This document shows, piece by piece, positions 10,164 to 19,820 of a stretch of 64,000 nt of DNA; within the stretch, counting starts at the first letter, position 1; every line of letters starts with the position of its first letter. The notes under the pieces are model-generated. The model saw nothing but the letters and a program-made list of their open reading frames with translations, was not told the origin of the DNA and ran no database searches. The position numbers and the translations under genes are program-made. The DNA is taken from sequence record OP172785; one strand, given 5' to 3'. This DNA comes from Escherichia phage ECO07P2.

Positions 10164-10382
10164 TTATTTTACACCATTCCAAATTGTTTCAACCACAGAT
10201 TTTAAGCCATTTTGGTGAATATCCATTCCGACAACTGCCATCAAATAGATTCCAACTACAACTGAACCTAAGGCAAAAATCAGCATGAAAATGAATAAAG
10301 CTGGAAAAATATTATCGAAAAACCATTCAATAAATGTAAAAGCACTGCGTTTACGCTTCATATTTTCCTCACATAAATCCAA
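10164..10382 (-). CDS. hypothetical membrane protein (72 aa)
   Basis: Track ORF with hydrophobic core FIFMLIFALGSVVVGIYLMAVVG. Confidence 0.5.
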   Translation of the reverse strand: MDLCEENMKRKRSAFTFIEWFFDNIFPALFIFMLIFALGSVVVGIYLMAVVGMDIHQNGLKSVVETIWNGVK

Positions 10383-10482
10383 AGTAAGCGTTTAATACAT
10401 CAATCATTAAAACGATTGGGAATATACTCAAAACTACTAGTATTATAACTACATTCCATATAGCTTTAACAATCTTTTTCAT
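10369..10482 (-). CDS. small membrane protein (~37 aa)
   Basis: Track ORF 10369-10617 reads through a promoter; likely start MKKIVKAIWNVVIILVVLSIFPIVLM after SD GGAGGAACAGAAAATG. Confidence 0.4.
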   Translation of the reverse strand: MKKIVKAIWNVVIILVVLSIFPIVLMIDVLNAYFGFM

Positions 10483-10510
10483 TTTCTGTTCCTCCGTAGT
10501 TGATAGTTGT

Positions 10511-10540
10511 ATAGTACCACAGAGGAACAGTCTTGTAAAC
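10511..10540 (-). promoter_or_regulatory. early promoter within conserved promoter/leader cassette
   Basis: Minus strand GTTTACAAGACTGTTCCTCTGTGGTACTATAC then leader ACAACTATCAACTACGGAGGAACAGAAAATG. Confidence 0.55.
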
Positions 10541-10725
10541 AACTTTTTTAAAAATATTCGTAATAAATGTGAATACCAACTACTACCGCTGAAACTTGTG
10601 CAACCCACCACGCACAAGCAATAAGTACAGAATTCAAAATTTTCATAATAACCTCATCACAAAAGTAAATACTAAACAAATCAATGGAATACTAATTAAC
10701 CAAACAAAACACCACCACAATGAAC

Positions 10726-10998
10726 TCATAGTTCAATCTCAGCGATTTTCATTTCATTACTATTAATAGCCGCTTTAAGACTATCTGAAAGAATTACATC
10801 CCAGTGGTCATTCATATGACCATTAACTAAGCGTGTAATTTCTTCAGGAGTTGAAAAATAAGGCGTATCAGACTCCCAGTGCGATAGTCCCAAGCGAGTA
10901 TAAATCATACCTTCATCATCGCTAGAATATTCAACTGACACAAACTCATCAGTTATTTTATGTTTAGCGTAATAAAATTTAAATTTCATTTTACTCAA
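10726..10998 (-). CDS. hypothetical protein (90 aa)
   Basis: Track ORF MSKMKFKFYYAKHKITDEF. Confidence 0.55.
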   Translation of the reverse strand: MSKMKFKFYYAKHKITDEFVSVEYSSDDEGMIYTRLGLSHWESDTPYFSTPEEITRLVNGHMNDHWDVILSDSLKAAINSNEMKIAEIEL

Positions 10999-11201
10999 TA
11001 ATCCGCTAAAAGATCGACGATTGCATCACGAAGACACTTATTCGCAATACGCTTAAAAGCAATTTCAGTTTCTGGAGCATTTTGAATAATCATTGAATTC
11101 AATTCAGCCTCAGCAAACTGAAGTTCTTTAACTAATTCAGCTTTATATTTTCCTTGCCCTTTCTTAGCTTTTGCTCGTTTTAATTCAGCTGTAGTAAACA
11201 T
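10995..11201 (-). CDS. hypothetical protein (~68 aa)
   Basis: Track ORF 10995-11300 reads through a promoter; probable start MFTTAELKRAKAKKGQGKYK. Confidence 0.5.
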   Translation of the reverse strand: MFTTAELKRAKAKKGQGKYKAELVKELQFAEAELNSMIIQNAPETEIAFKRIANKCLRDAIVDLLADY

Positions 11202-11235
11202 TTTATTCTCCAAATCCGTATCAGTTGATAGTTGT

Positions 11236-11265
11236 ATAGTACCACAGTCCTTGTGGTATGTAAAC
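11236..11265 (-). promoter_or_regulatory. early promoter (conserved cassette variant)
   Basis: Minus strand GTTTACATACCACAAGGACTGTGGTACTATAC with upstream AAATTTTCACAAAAC A/T tract. Confidence 0.5.
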
Positions 11266-11281
11266 CGTTTTGTGAAAATTT

Positions 11282-11839
11282 TTAAATGGAAAGATACCAT
11301 CCGTTGTAGTTGCTTTTTCTTACAACTTTACGAAGGTCTTCTCTATCACCAATGAACTTCGGAGTGTACTGGATGACACCTGGATGAATTTCTTTAGTGT
11401 TGAATATAATTATACAGTCAGCGACCTGATGATTCAGAATGGGCCCTAGATTTATTCCAGAACCGTATGGATACTCTCCGCTGCATCCTGTTGTTACAGA
11501 AATCCAACGTGAGTCAGTTTGGTGTGTTTTGACTTCTACACGAAGCCCGCAATATCTTGGATGAGCCAATACATCCCATGCATATGTATACGGGTCATTA
11601 ACATCCTCTTGGCCTTTGTTAACATACCCGCTCAGCCAATCTGCTACAAAAAACTCTGCATACACAGCGATACGGCATCTTTCGATGACTTCTGCTTTAT
11701 CCTGATTAGGATTTTGTTTTAAAGAGTATCTTGCTGTATCAGCAATTTTGACCTTCATTTCACTAGTCAAGTCATTGTTCGATAGGGTAAATGTCGGAAT
11801 CTGAAATAGTCTCTGTAAACCCGGATTCGTTTTCTGCAT
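11282..11839 (-). CDS. denB: DenB endonuclease IV (cytosine-DNA specific)
   Basis: 185-aa ORF, size and position next to rIIB match T4 denB; sequence identity not independently verified. Confidence 0.65.
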   Translation of the reverse strand: MQKTNPGLQRLFQIPTFTLSNNDLTSEMKVKIADTARYSLKQNPNQDKAEVIERCRIAVYAEFFVADWLSGYVNKGQEDVNDPYTYAWDVLAHPRYCGLRVEVKTHQTDSRWISVTTGCSGEYPYGSGINLGPILNHQVADCIIIFNTKEIHPGVIQYTPKFIGDREDLRKVVRKSNYNGWYLSI

Positions 11840-11907
11840 TAAACTTTCCTTTTACGTCGGAATCACTGATATTCATACAATAAATCATAGTTTCCCTTAA
11901 AACAAAA

Positions 11908-11919
11908 GGGCCGAAGCCC
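11908..11919 (-). terminator. GC tetraloop hairpin (gggccgaagccc)
   Basis: Perfect stem with CGAAG loop flanked by A/T runs, in intergenic space. Confidence 0.4.
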
Positions 11920-11925
11920 TTTATT

Positions 11926-12120
11926 TTATTTGAACTGTGCAATTCTTTTCTCTAAACAATCTGCGTAAGATTTCATTGAGATAAACTGCGAAAGCAGTAA
12001 TTCTTGCTCAACTGCATTAACCGTTGAAAACTTTTCACTTTCTAAAAATTTGCTCAGTGCATTAATTTTGAGCATTAATTGATCGTATTCTTCTTTTACT
12101 CGTGCTTGATAACCTAACAT
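11926..12120 (-). CDS. hypothetical protein (64 aa)
   Basis: Track ORF between rIIB and denB. Confidence 0.5.
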   Translation of the reverse strand: MLGYQARVKEEYDQLMLKINALSKFLESEKFSTVNAVEQELLLSQFISMKSYADCLEKRIAQFK

Positions 12121-12136
12121 AATTTTCCTTAGTTAA

Positions 12137-12148
12137 GGGCCGAAGCCC
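12137..12148 (-). terminator. GC tetraloop hairpin (gggccgaagccc) after rIIB stop
   Basis: Same hairpin family, immediately 3' of rIIB. Confidence 0.4.
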
Positions 12149-13087
12149 TTATTTAAATTGTTCAGTAACGTCTTCAACTACTTCGTATTGACAGGTACGC
12201 ATTTTAGCATCGTTGTAATCAATCGGAATTGATACTACATCACGAGGATGTACTTTAACTTTTACAACTCGGCTGGTTGAACTGCCAAAGTGACGAATAT
12301 AAGATTTAGAACACACATGCAGACCACGAGAACAAGTTTGTGTATCATCGTCATTCACGCGAGTACGTGGCATTTTAACTACTTTACCAGGACTGTTATC
12401 AAAGGTATTTGAGTGACAGTCAAAGTAATTGCTGCGAACTACTTTCCAAGCATAGAAGTAACCGTCTTCTGTAATTTCAATATCGTTTGCTACCAAGAAA
12501 TCAAAGAGTCGAGATACCGCTTTTTGGCTCGGGTTTTCCAACAGATTTTCCAAGAACGGAAAATAAAATTCAAAGTTTTCACCTTTTTCCATCGAATCGA
12601 GAATACGATCAACTAAACCAGACCGCAATTCAATGTTTTGATAGAACAAGCTTCCACCTTCAATTCGAACATCACCGGAAATATATTTTTCAACAGCACG
12701 ACGAACGTTAATTTTTTGCGCTGCTTCTTCCAATTTATCCGCAACAAGCAGATTAAGAATTTCTTGGAAGTTTGAATGAGTATTAGGAGTTGCGTTATAA
12801 GTTACACCATCAACAGTAATTGAAATGAATTTTTTAGATGCATTCCAAATAATGTCAGATTTAGCAACTGGAGCAATAGCTGCATCACTCTTAACTTTAA
12901 CTGTAATGTCACCGCTAATGGTAACTTTGGAGCGCTCAGCTTCTTCAGCATTTTTCAAAACACGACGGATTGTGTCCACCGATACACCTTGCCAATCAGC
13001 CAATTCCTGTTGGGTGTAATTACCACTTGAATACAGTTTGACAATTTCAGCTTGTTCGTTTTTGGTCAGGCATTTAATATTGTACAT
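12149..13087 (-). CDS. rIIB: rIIB membrane-associated protein
   Basis: 312-aa ORF MYNIKCLTKNEQAEIVKLYSSGNYTQQELADWQGVSVDTIRRVLKNAEEA recognised as T4 rIIB. Confidence 0.95.
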   Translation of the reverse strand: MYNIKCLTKNEQAEIVKLYSSGNYTQQELADWQGVSVDTIRRVLKNAEEAERSKVTISGDITVKVKSDAAIAPVAKSDIIWNASKKFISITVDGVTYNATPNTHSNFQEILNLLVADKLEEAAQKINVRRAVEKYISGDVRIEGGSLFYQNIELRSGLVDRILDSMEKGENFEFYFPFLENLLENPSQKAVSRLFDFLVANDIEITEDGYFYAWKVVRSNYFDCHSNTFDNSPGKVVKMPRTRVNDDDTQTCSRGLHVCSKSYIRHFGSSTSRVVKVKVHPRDVVSIPIDYNDAKMRTCQYEVVEDVTEQFK

Positions 13088-13098
13088 AATTTTCCTTA

Positions 13099-15276
13099 TT
13101 AGGCCGCAAGGGCCTTCATAGTTTTAGCGATTTGGGAAACTTCATCATCACTTAAAGAGTTGCGATAACCGATGAAGTCGGAAACAATACGGAATTTCTT
13201 GGTAAACTCAGCAACCATTTTATCACTGTTTTTTGAAGCATTACGTGATAATTCATCAAAAAGATTAGTTACTGTCCAGATGTCATGACCAATGGTATCT
13301 TTTCCACCATTAAAATATACACCCTGTAATGAACTAACCATATTAGCGAGTCGTGTATATTCTTCAGAAACTTCATCTACACTGAAGTACTTCATCATAA
13401 AATCTAGCTCAGGATACTTGATAATTTTATCAATATATCGTTTAGCTGAACTTGAATAACCTACATACTTATCATAATCTACATCATCAAAAGCATCTAC
13501 ATATAAATCACGCAAAGCTTCAAAAATACATTGGCACTGACCGAGTTCTTTTACCTTTTTCTGCAAAAGCGGACGAATAACATAAAATTCATTAATGCCA
13601 ATAAGATTAGCCATACGAATCAAAATATTCATAGATGGATGACAAAGCGATGTAGTACCATCCATAGAGAAAATATCAGAACGATGCATGTATGCTACAT
13701 AACCAGTAATTTCATCTGCTTCTGATGTGAGTGTAAACAGTTCCTCTTTTTCCCAGCGCCCGTCTTTAATTTCAAACTTAAATGCAGTAGCAGCTTTAGG
13801 ACGAGGAGCTGTACTTTTTACTGCCTTTGGAATATAACTTTTAACTAAAGCTTCAATTTCTGACAAATAATGAATGTTAACTTCATCACTTTCAAACATT
13901 GCCATAATATCAGGAAGCAAATCAATCTGCGATTCTACTTCCGGATTAATAAACAGAAGACGCTCATTGTGATGAATATTTAAGGTGTTATTAAATTCAC
14001 TATCATCTAACGCACGTGCTAATCCACGGACAATATTAACACGATTTTTAGTATTATCAATAACAATATTAATTTTTGTCGTATTAATACCAAACAGACG
14101 ATAGCTTGACGCAACGGCTGAAGTTTCATGGCTTTGCTTAATGCGTTTCAGTCGAGGGTCAAGATTTACTTCATACACAACCCCTGCATTGCATAACTTA
14201 CTGTCAGGTTCAAACATGCTTTGCATCTTCTTATATGACAGATTTTTAGTCGTGAATTTGACCGAATTACTAATCATATAATCTCGAGCAGAATATCCCA
14301 TCTTCATCAATTCACGGTATGTATGACGAGGAGATGTAGATTCTTTAAATCGTTTTACATCTTCATTGAATGCCTTCTCACTAAGCTCTTTAACACGCTC
14401 AATAATATTTTTACGAGTACGATCATCCAGCGAAAGAGCCTCACGCGATGGAGCAATATCAAGTGAACCCATTGGAAACTTAATATAATTCACTTCATTG
14501 CGAATGCTTAACCAGTTACGTTCTCTAATAACACCTTCGATAGGATAAACAATGCCGCCATAGATAGCATACAATCCACCACGATCTGGCCAGTATCTTT
14601 CTGGATTTACACCGTAATAGTCATCAAAATCCGGAAAATAATCAATTTCACGGTCAAGACCATTAATGATAGCCAAATCTTTGAATGGTCGCATGATATA
14701 AGAAACTTCATAAGCAAAGTTTCTAAAGTCTTTTTCTTCAACTGGAACTACGATTTCAATACCAGTTTTATCATCTGGACCCATTTCTTTTACGAATGTA
14801 GGTTTAATCTGTGGACCATCACCATCCATGTAAGCTACATAACCACGAATTTCACCTTTATGATATGAAGTAATACTAAATGTATCAGTATAACTAAACG
14901 GAGATTTAGAACCTAAACCAAATCCACCAATGAAATCATTAGATTCAGCCTTAGATGAACTGAAGTATGAATTATACAACCCAGGAGAATTATCATCACC
15001 TTGAATATCAAAATCGCTCATACCTGGACCAAAATCTCGACAAACAAATCGCGGATCTAATCGTCCTGGAACTTGAATGATAAATTTTTCAGGATTTCCA
15101 TTGAGAGCATGGGCATCAATCATGTTGGTAATCAATTCACGGACTACTGCGCGAATCTTGTTTGTATACAAATCAGATGACAGAATTTTGAATACTTTAG
15201 GAGATGCTGTGATGCTAAATGCTTTTGATTTAGAACCATTGCCAAGAATTGTTTCTTTTTCAGTGGTGATAATCAT
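13099..15276 (-). CDS. rIIA: rIIA protein
   Basis: 725-aa [63 protein letters not shown] (GHKL ATPase-like N-terminus). Confidence 0.95.
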   Translation of the reverse strand: MIITTEKETILGNGSKSKAFSITASPKVFKILSSDLYTNKIRAVVRELITNMIDAHALNGNPEKFIIQVPGRLDPRFVCRDFGPGMSDFDIQGDDNSPGLYNSYFSSSKAESNDFIGGFGLGSKSPFSYTDTFSITSYHKGEIRGYVAYMDGDGPQIKPTFVKEMGPDDKTGIEIVVPVEEKDFRNFAYEVSYIMRPFKDLAIINGLDREIDYFPDFDDYYGVNPERYWPDRGGLYAIYGGIVYPIEGVIRERNWLSIRNEVNYIKFPMGSLDIAPSREALSLDDRTRKNIIERVKELSEKAFNEDVKRFKESTSPRHTYRELMKMGYSARDYMISNSVKFTTKNLSYKKMQSMFEPDSKLCNAGVVYEVNLDPRLKRIKQSHETSAVASSYRLFGINTTKINIVIDNTKNRVNIVRGLARALDDSEFNNTLNIHHNERLLFINPEVESQIDLLPDIMAMFESDEVNIHYLSEIEALVKSYIPKAVKSTAPRPKAATAFKFEIKDGRWEKEELFTLTSEADEITGYVAYMHRSDIFSMDGTTSLCHPSMNILIRMANLIGINEFYVIRPLLQKKVKELGQCQCIFEALRDLYVDAFDDVDYDKYVGYSSSAKRYIDKIIKYPELDFMMKYFSVDEVSEEYTRLANMVSSLQGVYFNGGKDTIGHDIWTVTNLFDELSRNASKNSDKMVAEFTKKFRIVSDFIGYRNSLSDDEVSQIAKTMKALAA

Positions 15277-15286
15277 AATTTCCTCA

Positions 15287-15490
15287 TTAATTCATATTGC
15301 GTTTAATAACTTCAGCAACTTCTAGTAATTCATCTTTAGTTGCGGTGTCGGATTGAATTTTATCTCTAATATCCTTAAAGCGGTTTTTAAACTCTTCGGC
15401 TTCTCCCATATCGAAAAAGCGTTGAATGATTCTATATTCTCGATGAACTGCTTTATCAAAAAGTTCTAAATTTACTTTATATGATTTCAT
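15287..15490 (-). CDS. hypothetical protein (rIIA.1 position, 67 aa)
   Basis: Track ORF directly upstream of rIIA. Confidence 0.6.
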   Translation of the reverse strand: MKSYKVNLELFDKAVHREYRIIQRFFDMGEAEEFKNRFKDIRDKIQSDTATKDELLEVAEVIKRNMN

Positions 15491-15515
15491 TTCAATATCC
15501 TCATTTGCCCAATTA

Positions 15516-15545
15516 ATTATACCACATCCTTGTGGTAAAGTAAAC
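15516..15545 (-). promoter_or_regulatory. early promoter GTTTAC-18-TATAAT
   Basis: Minus strand GTTTACTTTACCACAAGGATGTGGTATAAT; contains CCACA/TGTGG inverted repeat. Confidence 0.6.
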
Positions 15546-17362
15546 TACTGACTCATCCATTCTTTACGAAGGTCAGCATTATCTCCCATGAGCATTTCAA
15601 AAAGCTCTTTCCAGTTCTCAGGAAGTTTAACAACATCATATACTGGATTTTGAATCATCTCACGATATTCAGATTTTTCCAAAGAGCCAAGTCCCTTAAT
15701 ATAACGGATGCTATGTTTAGGTAGAGCATCTTTAGCACTCTCATATTCAGCGACTGTATAAAACCATTCTTGTTTTTTACCGACCTGAGCGATGATTACA
15801 GGAGTTTTGACAAAGCGAATTCTTCCTTGTTCAAACAGTTCTGGCCAATTACTGAAAAATCCGAGCAGAGAAGGATAAATGCTTCCTAGACCATCGTGGT
15901 CAGCGTCAGTCATAATAGCAATATTATGATAATTCAAGTTTTCGGCTTTTTCACCAAGAACTAATCCAGTGATTGCGCAAATATCAAACAGTTCTTTGTT
16001 TTTAAGCATATCAGCATATGACATACCCCAACTGTTGAGAACTTTACCACGTAATGGATAACCACCATGAAGTTCTTTATCACGAACATCAATAAGATAT
16101 CCGATAGCGGAATCACCCTCAGTCAAGAAAAGAGTAGTGTCAGCATCTTTACCACAAAGATTCGCTTTAATATGTTTATGAACCTTAGCTTTAGAAGCCT
16201 TTTTAGCTGCTTTAGTTTCTGCTGCTTTTTCTGCCGCCAATTTACGAGCCAAGGCAGCTTCAATGATTGGCATTAAAATTGCTTCATTGTTTAAAATAGC
16301 GCGTGAAATCTTTTTAGCATCAAGCTGAATATGACTACGAATTTCACCAAAAGGAGAAGTCAAACGCTCTTTAGTTTGAGAATCAAATCGCATGTTTTTC
16401 ATATCACGAACAAACATAACGATAGTCAAACATTCTTTAACACGTGCTTTAGTTACATCAATTTTAAATTTACGTTTGATTTGTGGAATAAGGTCTTCAC
16501 AAATATCATCCATAACACAGTCAATGTGATGACCACCATTCTTAGTATGAATGTTATTGACGTATGTTAATTGACGAAAACCATCCGGTGAACGACCAAC
16601 CGCAATAGAGCAATTTTCCTGTTCTTGAACGATAGCATGCTCATCATACTGGCGTGCATACTTCTTAAAATTGCCCTGAACCTTTTTACCATTAAAGGTA
16701 AATTGAATATCAGGATAAACTACTGCAAGTGTCTGGAGACGATCTAGTGTAATGTCAAGATAAACTTGGGACAGCTCATTAGTTTCAAATGACATAAAAT
16801 CAGGAATGAAAGTAACGCGAGTTCCTTTCCATTTTCCAGGAATAGTTTCCCATGATTTATTTTCCATGCCGTTTGAACAACGAACTACAATATTATTTTG
16901 ACCGTCGCCAGTTTCACCGACAAACATCACAGAAAAAATGTTAGTTAAACTAGAACCAACACCGTTCATACCGCCAGTGACGCGTTCTTTGTCATCACCG
17001 AAGTTACCACCTGCTTTTGGAATAGTCCATGCAGCAACAGGACCAGGAATTTCTTCACCGGTAGGTGTTTTAACCATCGCCTGTGGAATACCACGACCGT
17101 TATCTTCAACTGTTACTTGATTGTTTTTAATAGTAACATTAATTTTATTCGCGAATTTAAACTTAGTACGAATACCTTCATCTACTGAGTTATCGATAAT
17201 TTCATCAATAAGCTTAACAAGACCAGGTACATACTGAACACTTTCCCATTTACCAAACAGAAAGCGCTCATGCATTTCATTAGCAGAAGAGCCAATATAC
17301 ATGCCGCTACGCTTTTTGATATGTTCAATATCGCTCAGAATTTTAATTTCATTCTTAATCAT
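15545..17362 (-). CDS. 39: DNA topoisomerase II large (ATPase) subunit, uninterrupted gp39 form
   Basis: ~605-aa ORF MIKNEIKILSDIEHIKKRSGMYIGSS ... RKEWMSQ with GyrB-like motifs through the C-terminus in one frame; start set to ATG after GTG in track. Confidence 0.9.
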   Translation of the reverse strand: MIKNEIKILSDIEHIKKRSGMYIGSSANEMHERFLFGKWESVQYVPGLVKLIDEIIDNSVDEGIRTKFKFANKINVTIKNNQVTVEDNGRGIPQAMVKTPTGEEIPGPVAAWTIPKAGGNFGDDKERVTGGMNGVGSSLTNIFSVMFVGETGDGQNNIVVRCSNGMENKSWETIPGKWKGTRVTFIPDFMSFETNELSQVYLDITLDRLQTLAVVYPDIQFTFNGKKVQGNFKKYARQYDEHAIVQEQENCSIAVGRSPDGFRQLTYVNNIHTKNGGHHIDCVMDDICEDLIPQIKRKFKIDVTKARVKECLTIVMFVRDMKNMRFDSQTKERLTSPFGEIRSHIQLDAKKISRAILNNEAILMPIIEAALARKLAAEKAAETKAAKKASKAKVHKHIKANLCGKDADTTLFLTEGDSAIGYLIDVRDKELHGGYPLRGKVLNSWGMSYADMLKNKELFDICAITGLVLGEKAENLNYHNIAIMTDADHDGLGSIYPSLLGFFSNWPELFEQGRIRFVKTPVIIAQVGKKQEWFYTVAEYESAKDALPKHSIRYIKGLGSLEKSEYREMIQNPVYDVVKLPENWKELFEMLMGDNADLRKEWMSQ

Positions 17363-17415
17363 CACTTATCCTCGTTTGGTTTCGGGAATATTATACTCCA
17401 GTAATCATAAAGCTA

Positions 17416-17431
17416 AAGGCCCGAAGGCCTT
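17416..17431 (-). terminator. GC hairpin aaggcccgaaggcctt
   Basis: Perfect 6-bp stem, tetraloop, flanked by T-rich tract. Confidence 0.4.
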
Positions 17432-17692
17432 TTATTTAAAGCGGATAGTCGAATCCTTGAAGAATAGACCAGAACATACGGTTCCTTCTACTTTCTGCCC
17501 GGTAGGTCCAATAGCACGAAATCCAGTATGTTGGAAATCATTTTCAGAGCAACCGAACCAATTATATCCAGTGATTTCAATATTAGTAAAACCACTTGAA
17601 GACAAAACTTTGGTTGCATTATCAGCATCAGTACATCCTACTAAAGATACTGCTAATACTAATGCCGCGATAGAACGATTAACATATTTCAT
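17432..17692 (-). CDS. putative lipoprotein (39.1 position, ~86 aa)
   Basis: MKYVNRSIAALVLAVSLVGC: signal peptide with lipobox L-V-G-C; start trimmed to ATG. Confidence 0.6.
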   Translation of the reverse strand: MKYVNRSIAALVLAVSLVGCTDADNATKVLSSSGFTNIEITGYNWFGCSENDFQHTGFRAIGPTGQKVEGTVCSGLFFKDSTIRFK

Positions 17693-17696
17693 AATT

Positions 17697-18068
17697 TCAC
17701 TCAAATTTAATGGCTTGAAGGAGACTAATAATTCTCAAGCGACTTCTTTCATCTTTAACTGTAAAAGAAAGAGGGTCACCAGATTTCATAGTGATGGTGC
17801 ATCCAAAATCAAAATCTTCTGTAACTTCTTCGAATAGGTCAAACTCTTCATCATAAATTAGAACATTACTCTGAAAACTGTGAAGAATTTTTCCATCATT
17901 TCCAGATGCTGTACTAATCATTGTAACATTATTACCCTTCATATCTTCAACGATAAATTCGCTTGTAGATATTACATTACTAATAGAACCATTCCTATAA
18001 ATAGCAGAAAATAGATATTTCTTTTCTTCGCCTTCGCGAATACGATACTTCTTACCGATTTTAAACAT
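17697..18068 (-). CDS. hypothetical protein (123 aa)
   Basis: Track ORF MFKIGKKYRIREGEEKKYLF. Confidence 0.55.
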   Translation of the reverse strand: MFKIGKKYRIREGEEKKYLFSAIYRNGSISNVISTSEFIVEDMKGNNVTMISTASGNDGKILHSFQSNVLIYDEEFDLFEEVTEDFDFGCTITMKSGDPLSFTVKDERSRLRIISLLQAIKFE

Positions 18069-18070
18069 AA

Positions 18071-18247
18071 TTACCCTTTAAGTAAGTCGTAAAAACCGCC
18101 ATTCACATGCTTAGGAGCAGAAGGCCGACGAATAGACAGACGATGACATTTAGGGCAAACATCATTTTCTCGTTCAGAAATCTTTTTAATTTTTTCATAT
18201 TCATGCCCGCAATCTTCGGATTGGCATTTATAATCATACATTGGCAT
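18071..18247 (-). CDS. FmdB-like zinc-ribbon protein (~58 aa)
   Basis: Not in ORF track; MPMYDYKCQSEDCGHEYEKIKKISERENDVCPKCH has the two Cys pairs and MPxYxY start of FmdB-type zinc ribbons. Confidence 0.5.
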   Translation of the reverse strand: MPMYDYKCQSEDCGHEYEKIKKISERENDVCPKCHRLSIRRPSAPKHVNGGFYDLLKG

Positions 18248-18249
18248 AA

Positions 18250-18654
18250 TTATTCCTTAAAATGTGCTTTTAACATCTGATACAAGGACCATGCATGTTC
18301 ATTATTTTCAATAGTAACTTTCATTACCGGGAATTCTGTGAAATCTTCTATCTGTTCTTGCTCTTCAGAAGCTTGGTATGGATTTTCCACTTCATCAAAG
18401 AACTCAGCTTCGTTAGTAGAGAGCCAAATAAAGTTTTCGTCAAGGATATCAGCGCCGGCACAACGTTTGAGTACACCTGTGGATGTCACAATTTTAGTAG
18501 GACGACTGAGATGGTCAACATCTAAAATTTTAAAAGGTTCCATACCTAAACGTCGTGCGTAGATTCCGTTATCAGTATGGTCTTTAATAAAAGCTTCTTG
18601 AGCTTGTTTATTTTTAAATTGATACCATTTATTAACTTCAAATCTAATAGCCAT
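18250..18654 (-). CDS. hypothetical protein (134 aa)
   Basis: Track [29 protein letters not shown]. Confidence 0.6.
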   Translation of the reverse strand: MAIRFEVNKWYQFKNKQAQEAFIKDHTDNGIYARRLGMEPFKILDVDHLSRPTKIVTSTGVLKRCAGADILDENFIWLSTNEAEFFDEVENPYQASEEQEQIEDFTEFPVMKVTIENNEHAWSLYQMLKAHFKE

Positions 18655-18869
18655 TAATAAATTTCCTTCCAGTAAGTTGTACCGTCTTCAGTGATTTCAC
18701 GGAATACACCATAAATCGGTTGTTTATCACCAACCTTTTCATACACATAAACCGAAGTCAAGTGAGTAAACTTGATGGTGTGTTCCTTTTGAACTACTAC
18801 CAAATCTGGATCGAATAATACATCTTCAAATTCGTCATTAGTGCAATTCTGAACAATTTTATGTTTCAT
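18654..18869 (-). CDS. hypothetical protein (71 aa; size matches T4 cef)
   Basis: Track ORF; identity with cef not verified. Confidence 0.5.
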   Translation of the reverse strand: MKHKIVQNCTNDEFEDVLFDPDLVVVQKEHTIKFTHLTSVYVYEKVGDKQPIYGVFREITEDGTTYWKEIY

Positions 18870-18882
18870 TACAATTTCCTCA

Positions 18883-19164
18883 TTAATTGAACAGTGGAGC
18901 GATGCGTTTCAGAAGAGTAGCAGCACCTTTGGCAAATTTTACATCATGAAAAACAGTTTCTTCTTCCGTTACAACACGAACTTTAATGTTTTCACAATCC
19001 CAATTTTTGCGAACAATCTTCAAAAGCTGCAGTAAATCTTTACATTCAGCAATATCGATAACACATCCACGAGAATCTTCCATTATCGCACGATAACCAT
19101 AAGCCATACCATAATCGTTGAAAGATTGTTCGATGATAATTAAGTTTTCCATTTTATTCTCCAA
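18883..19164 (-). CDS. hypothetical protein (93 aa)
   Basis: Track ORF downstream of conserved promoter/leader cassette at ~19171-19240. Confidence 0.55.
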   Translation of the reverse strand: MENKMENLIIIEQSFNDYGMAYGYRAIMEDSRGCVIDIAECKDLLQLLKIVRKNWDCENIKVRVVTEEETVFHDVKFAKGAATLLKRIAPLFN

Positions 19165-19170
19165 GTTGTT

Positions 19171-19240
19171 TTCTGTATCAGTAGTTGATAGTTGTATAGT
19201 ACCATAATCAACTACTGATGTATATAGTTTTATGAAAAAA
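19171..19240 (-). promoter_or_regulatory. early promoter/leader cassette variant
   Basis: Contains gttgatagttgtatagtacca leader repeat and upstream A/T tract. Confidence 0.45.
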
Positions 19241-19248
19241 TTTAAACT

Positions 19249-19746
19249 TTATGCACAACGAGCTTTGCTGTAGTGTTTAATCCAACTTTCAGGAATGACT
19301 TTGTATGTTCCTAAAAATACCGCGTTGTACAGCTTAACACCATCTTCTACCCACTGATCGGTAATGTATGCGCACATAGCACGAGTACGGTGTTTTTGAA
19401 CAACCCCTTCCTCATCTTCAGTAAATTCGAATTCATAAGGAGCAACGAACTTAATAGCTTGACCGAGTTTCCACTTAAAGTCTACACCTACATGCGAAGT
19501 ATCAATCGTTTCAATTCCTTTAGCAGGAACAGCTTTCAAAAACGCAGATTCAAGAAATTTCGCACGAACATAGCCAAACTGGGGTTTAGACTTTCCATCT
19601 TTAGGAATGATACGCACTTTTACTTCAGAATCTTCATCTTTAACGCCATGTTTAAGCTGAATGCTTACAATTTCGACCAATTTTCCTGCTGCTTTAGAAC
19701 GGGATTTATCAGATACACGAGCTAATTCACCAATATTAATAATCAT
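19249..19746 (-). CDS. hypothetical protein, paralog A (165 aa)
   Basis: Shares motif TDQW(V/I)EDGV(K/E)L.N.V..G.Y.V.P with neighbouring ORF. Confidence 0.6.
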   Translation of the reverse strand: MIINIGELARVSDKSRSKAAGKLVEIVSIQLKHGVKDEDSEVKVRIIPKDGKSKPQFGYVRAKFLESAFLKAVPAKGIETIDTSHVGVDFKWKLGQAIKFVAPYEFEFTEDEEGVVQKHRTRAMCAYITDQWVEDGVKLYNAVFLGTYKVIPESWIKHYSKARCA

Positions 19747-19790
19747 AGTTATCTCTCACTTGTTAAAAAGATTTTATACTCCACAGGACC

Positions 19791-19820
19791 ATTATACTCT
19801 GGTCCCAAGAGTTTGTAAAC
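19791..19820 (-). promoter_or_regulatory. early promoter GTTTAC-18-TATAAT
   Basis: Minus strand GTTTACAAACTCTTGGGACCAGAGTATAAT. Confidence 0.55.

Noticed and set aside
17301-17837. 178-aa plus-strand ORF
   Set aside because: Overlaps the gene 39 start, an intergenic hairpin and the lipoprotein gene on the opposite strand; no SD; judged a chance open frame.
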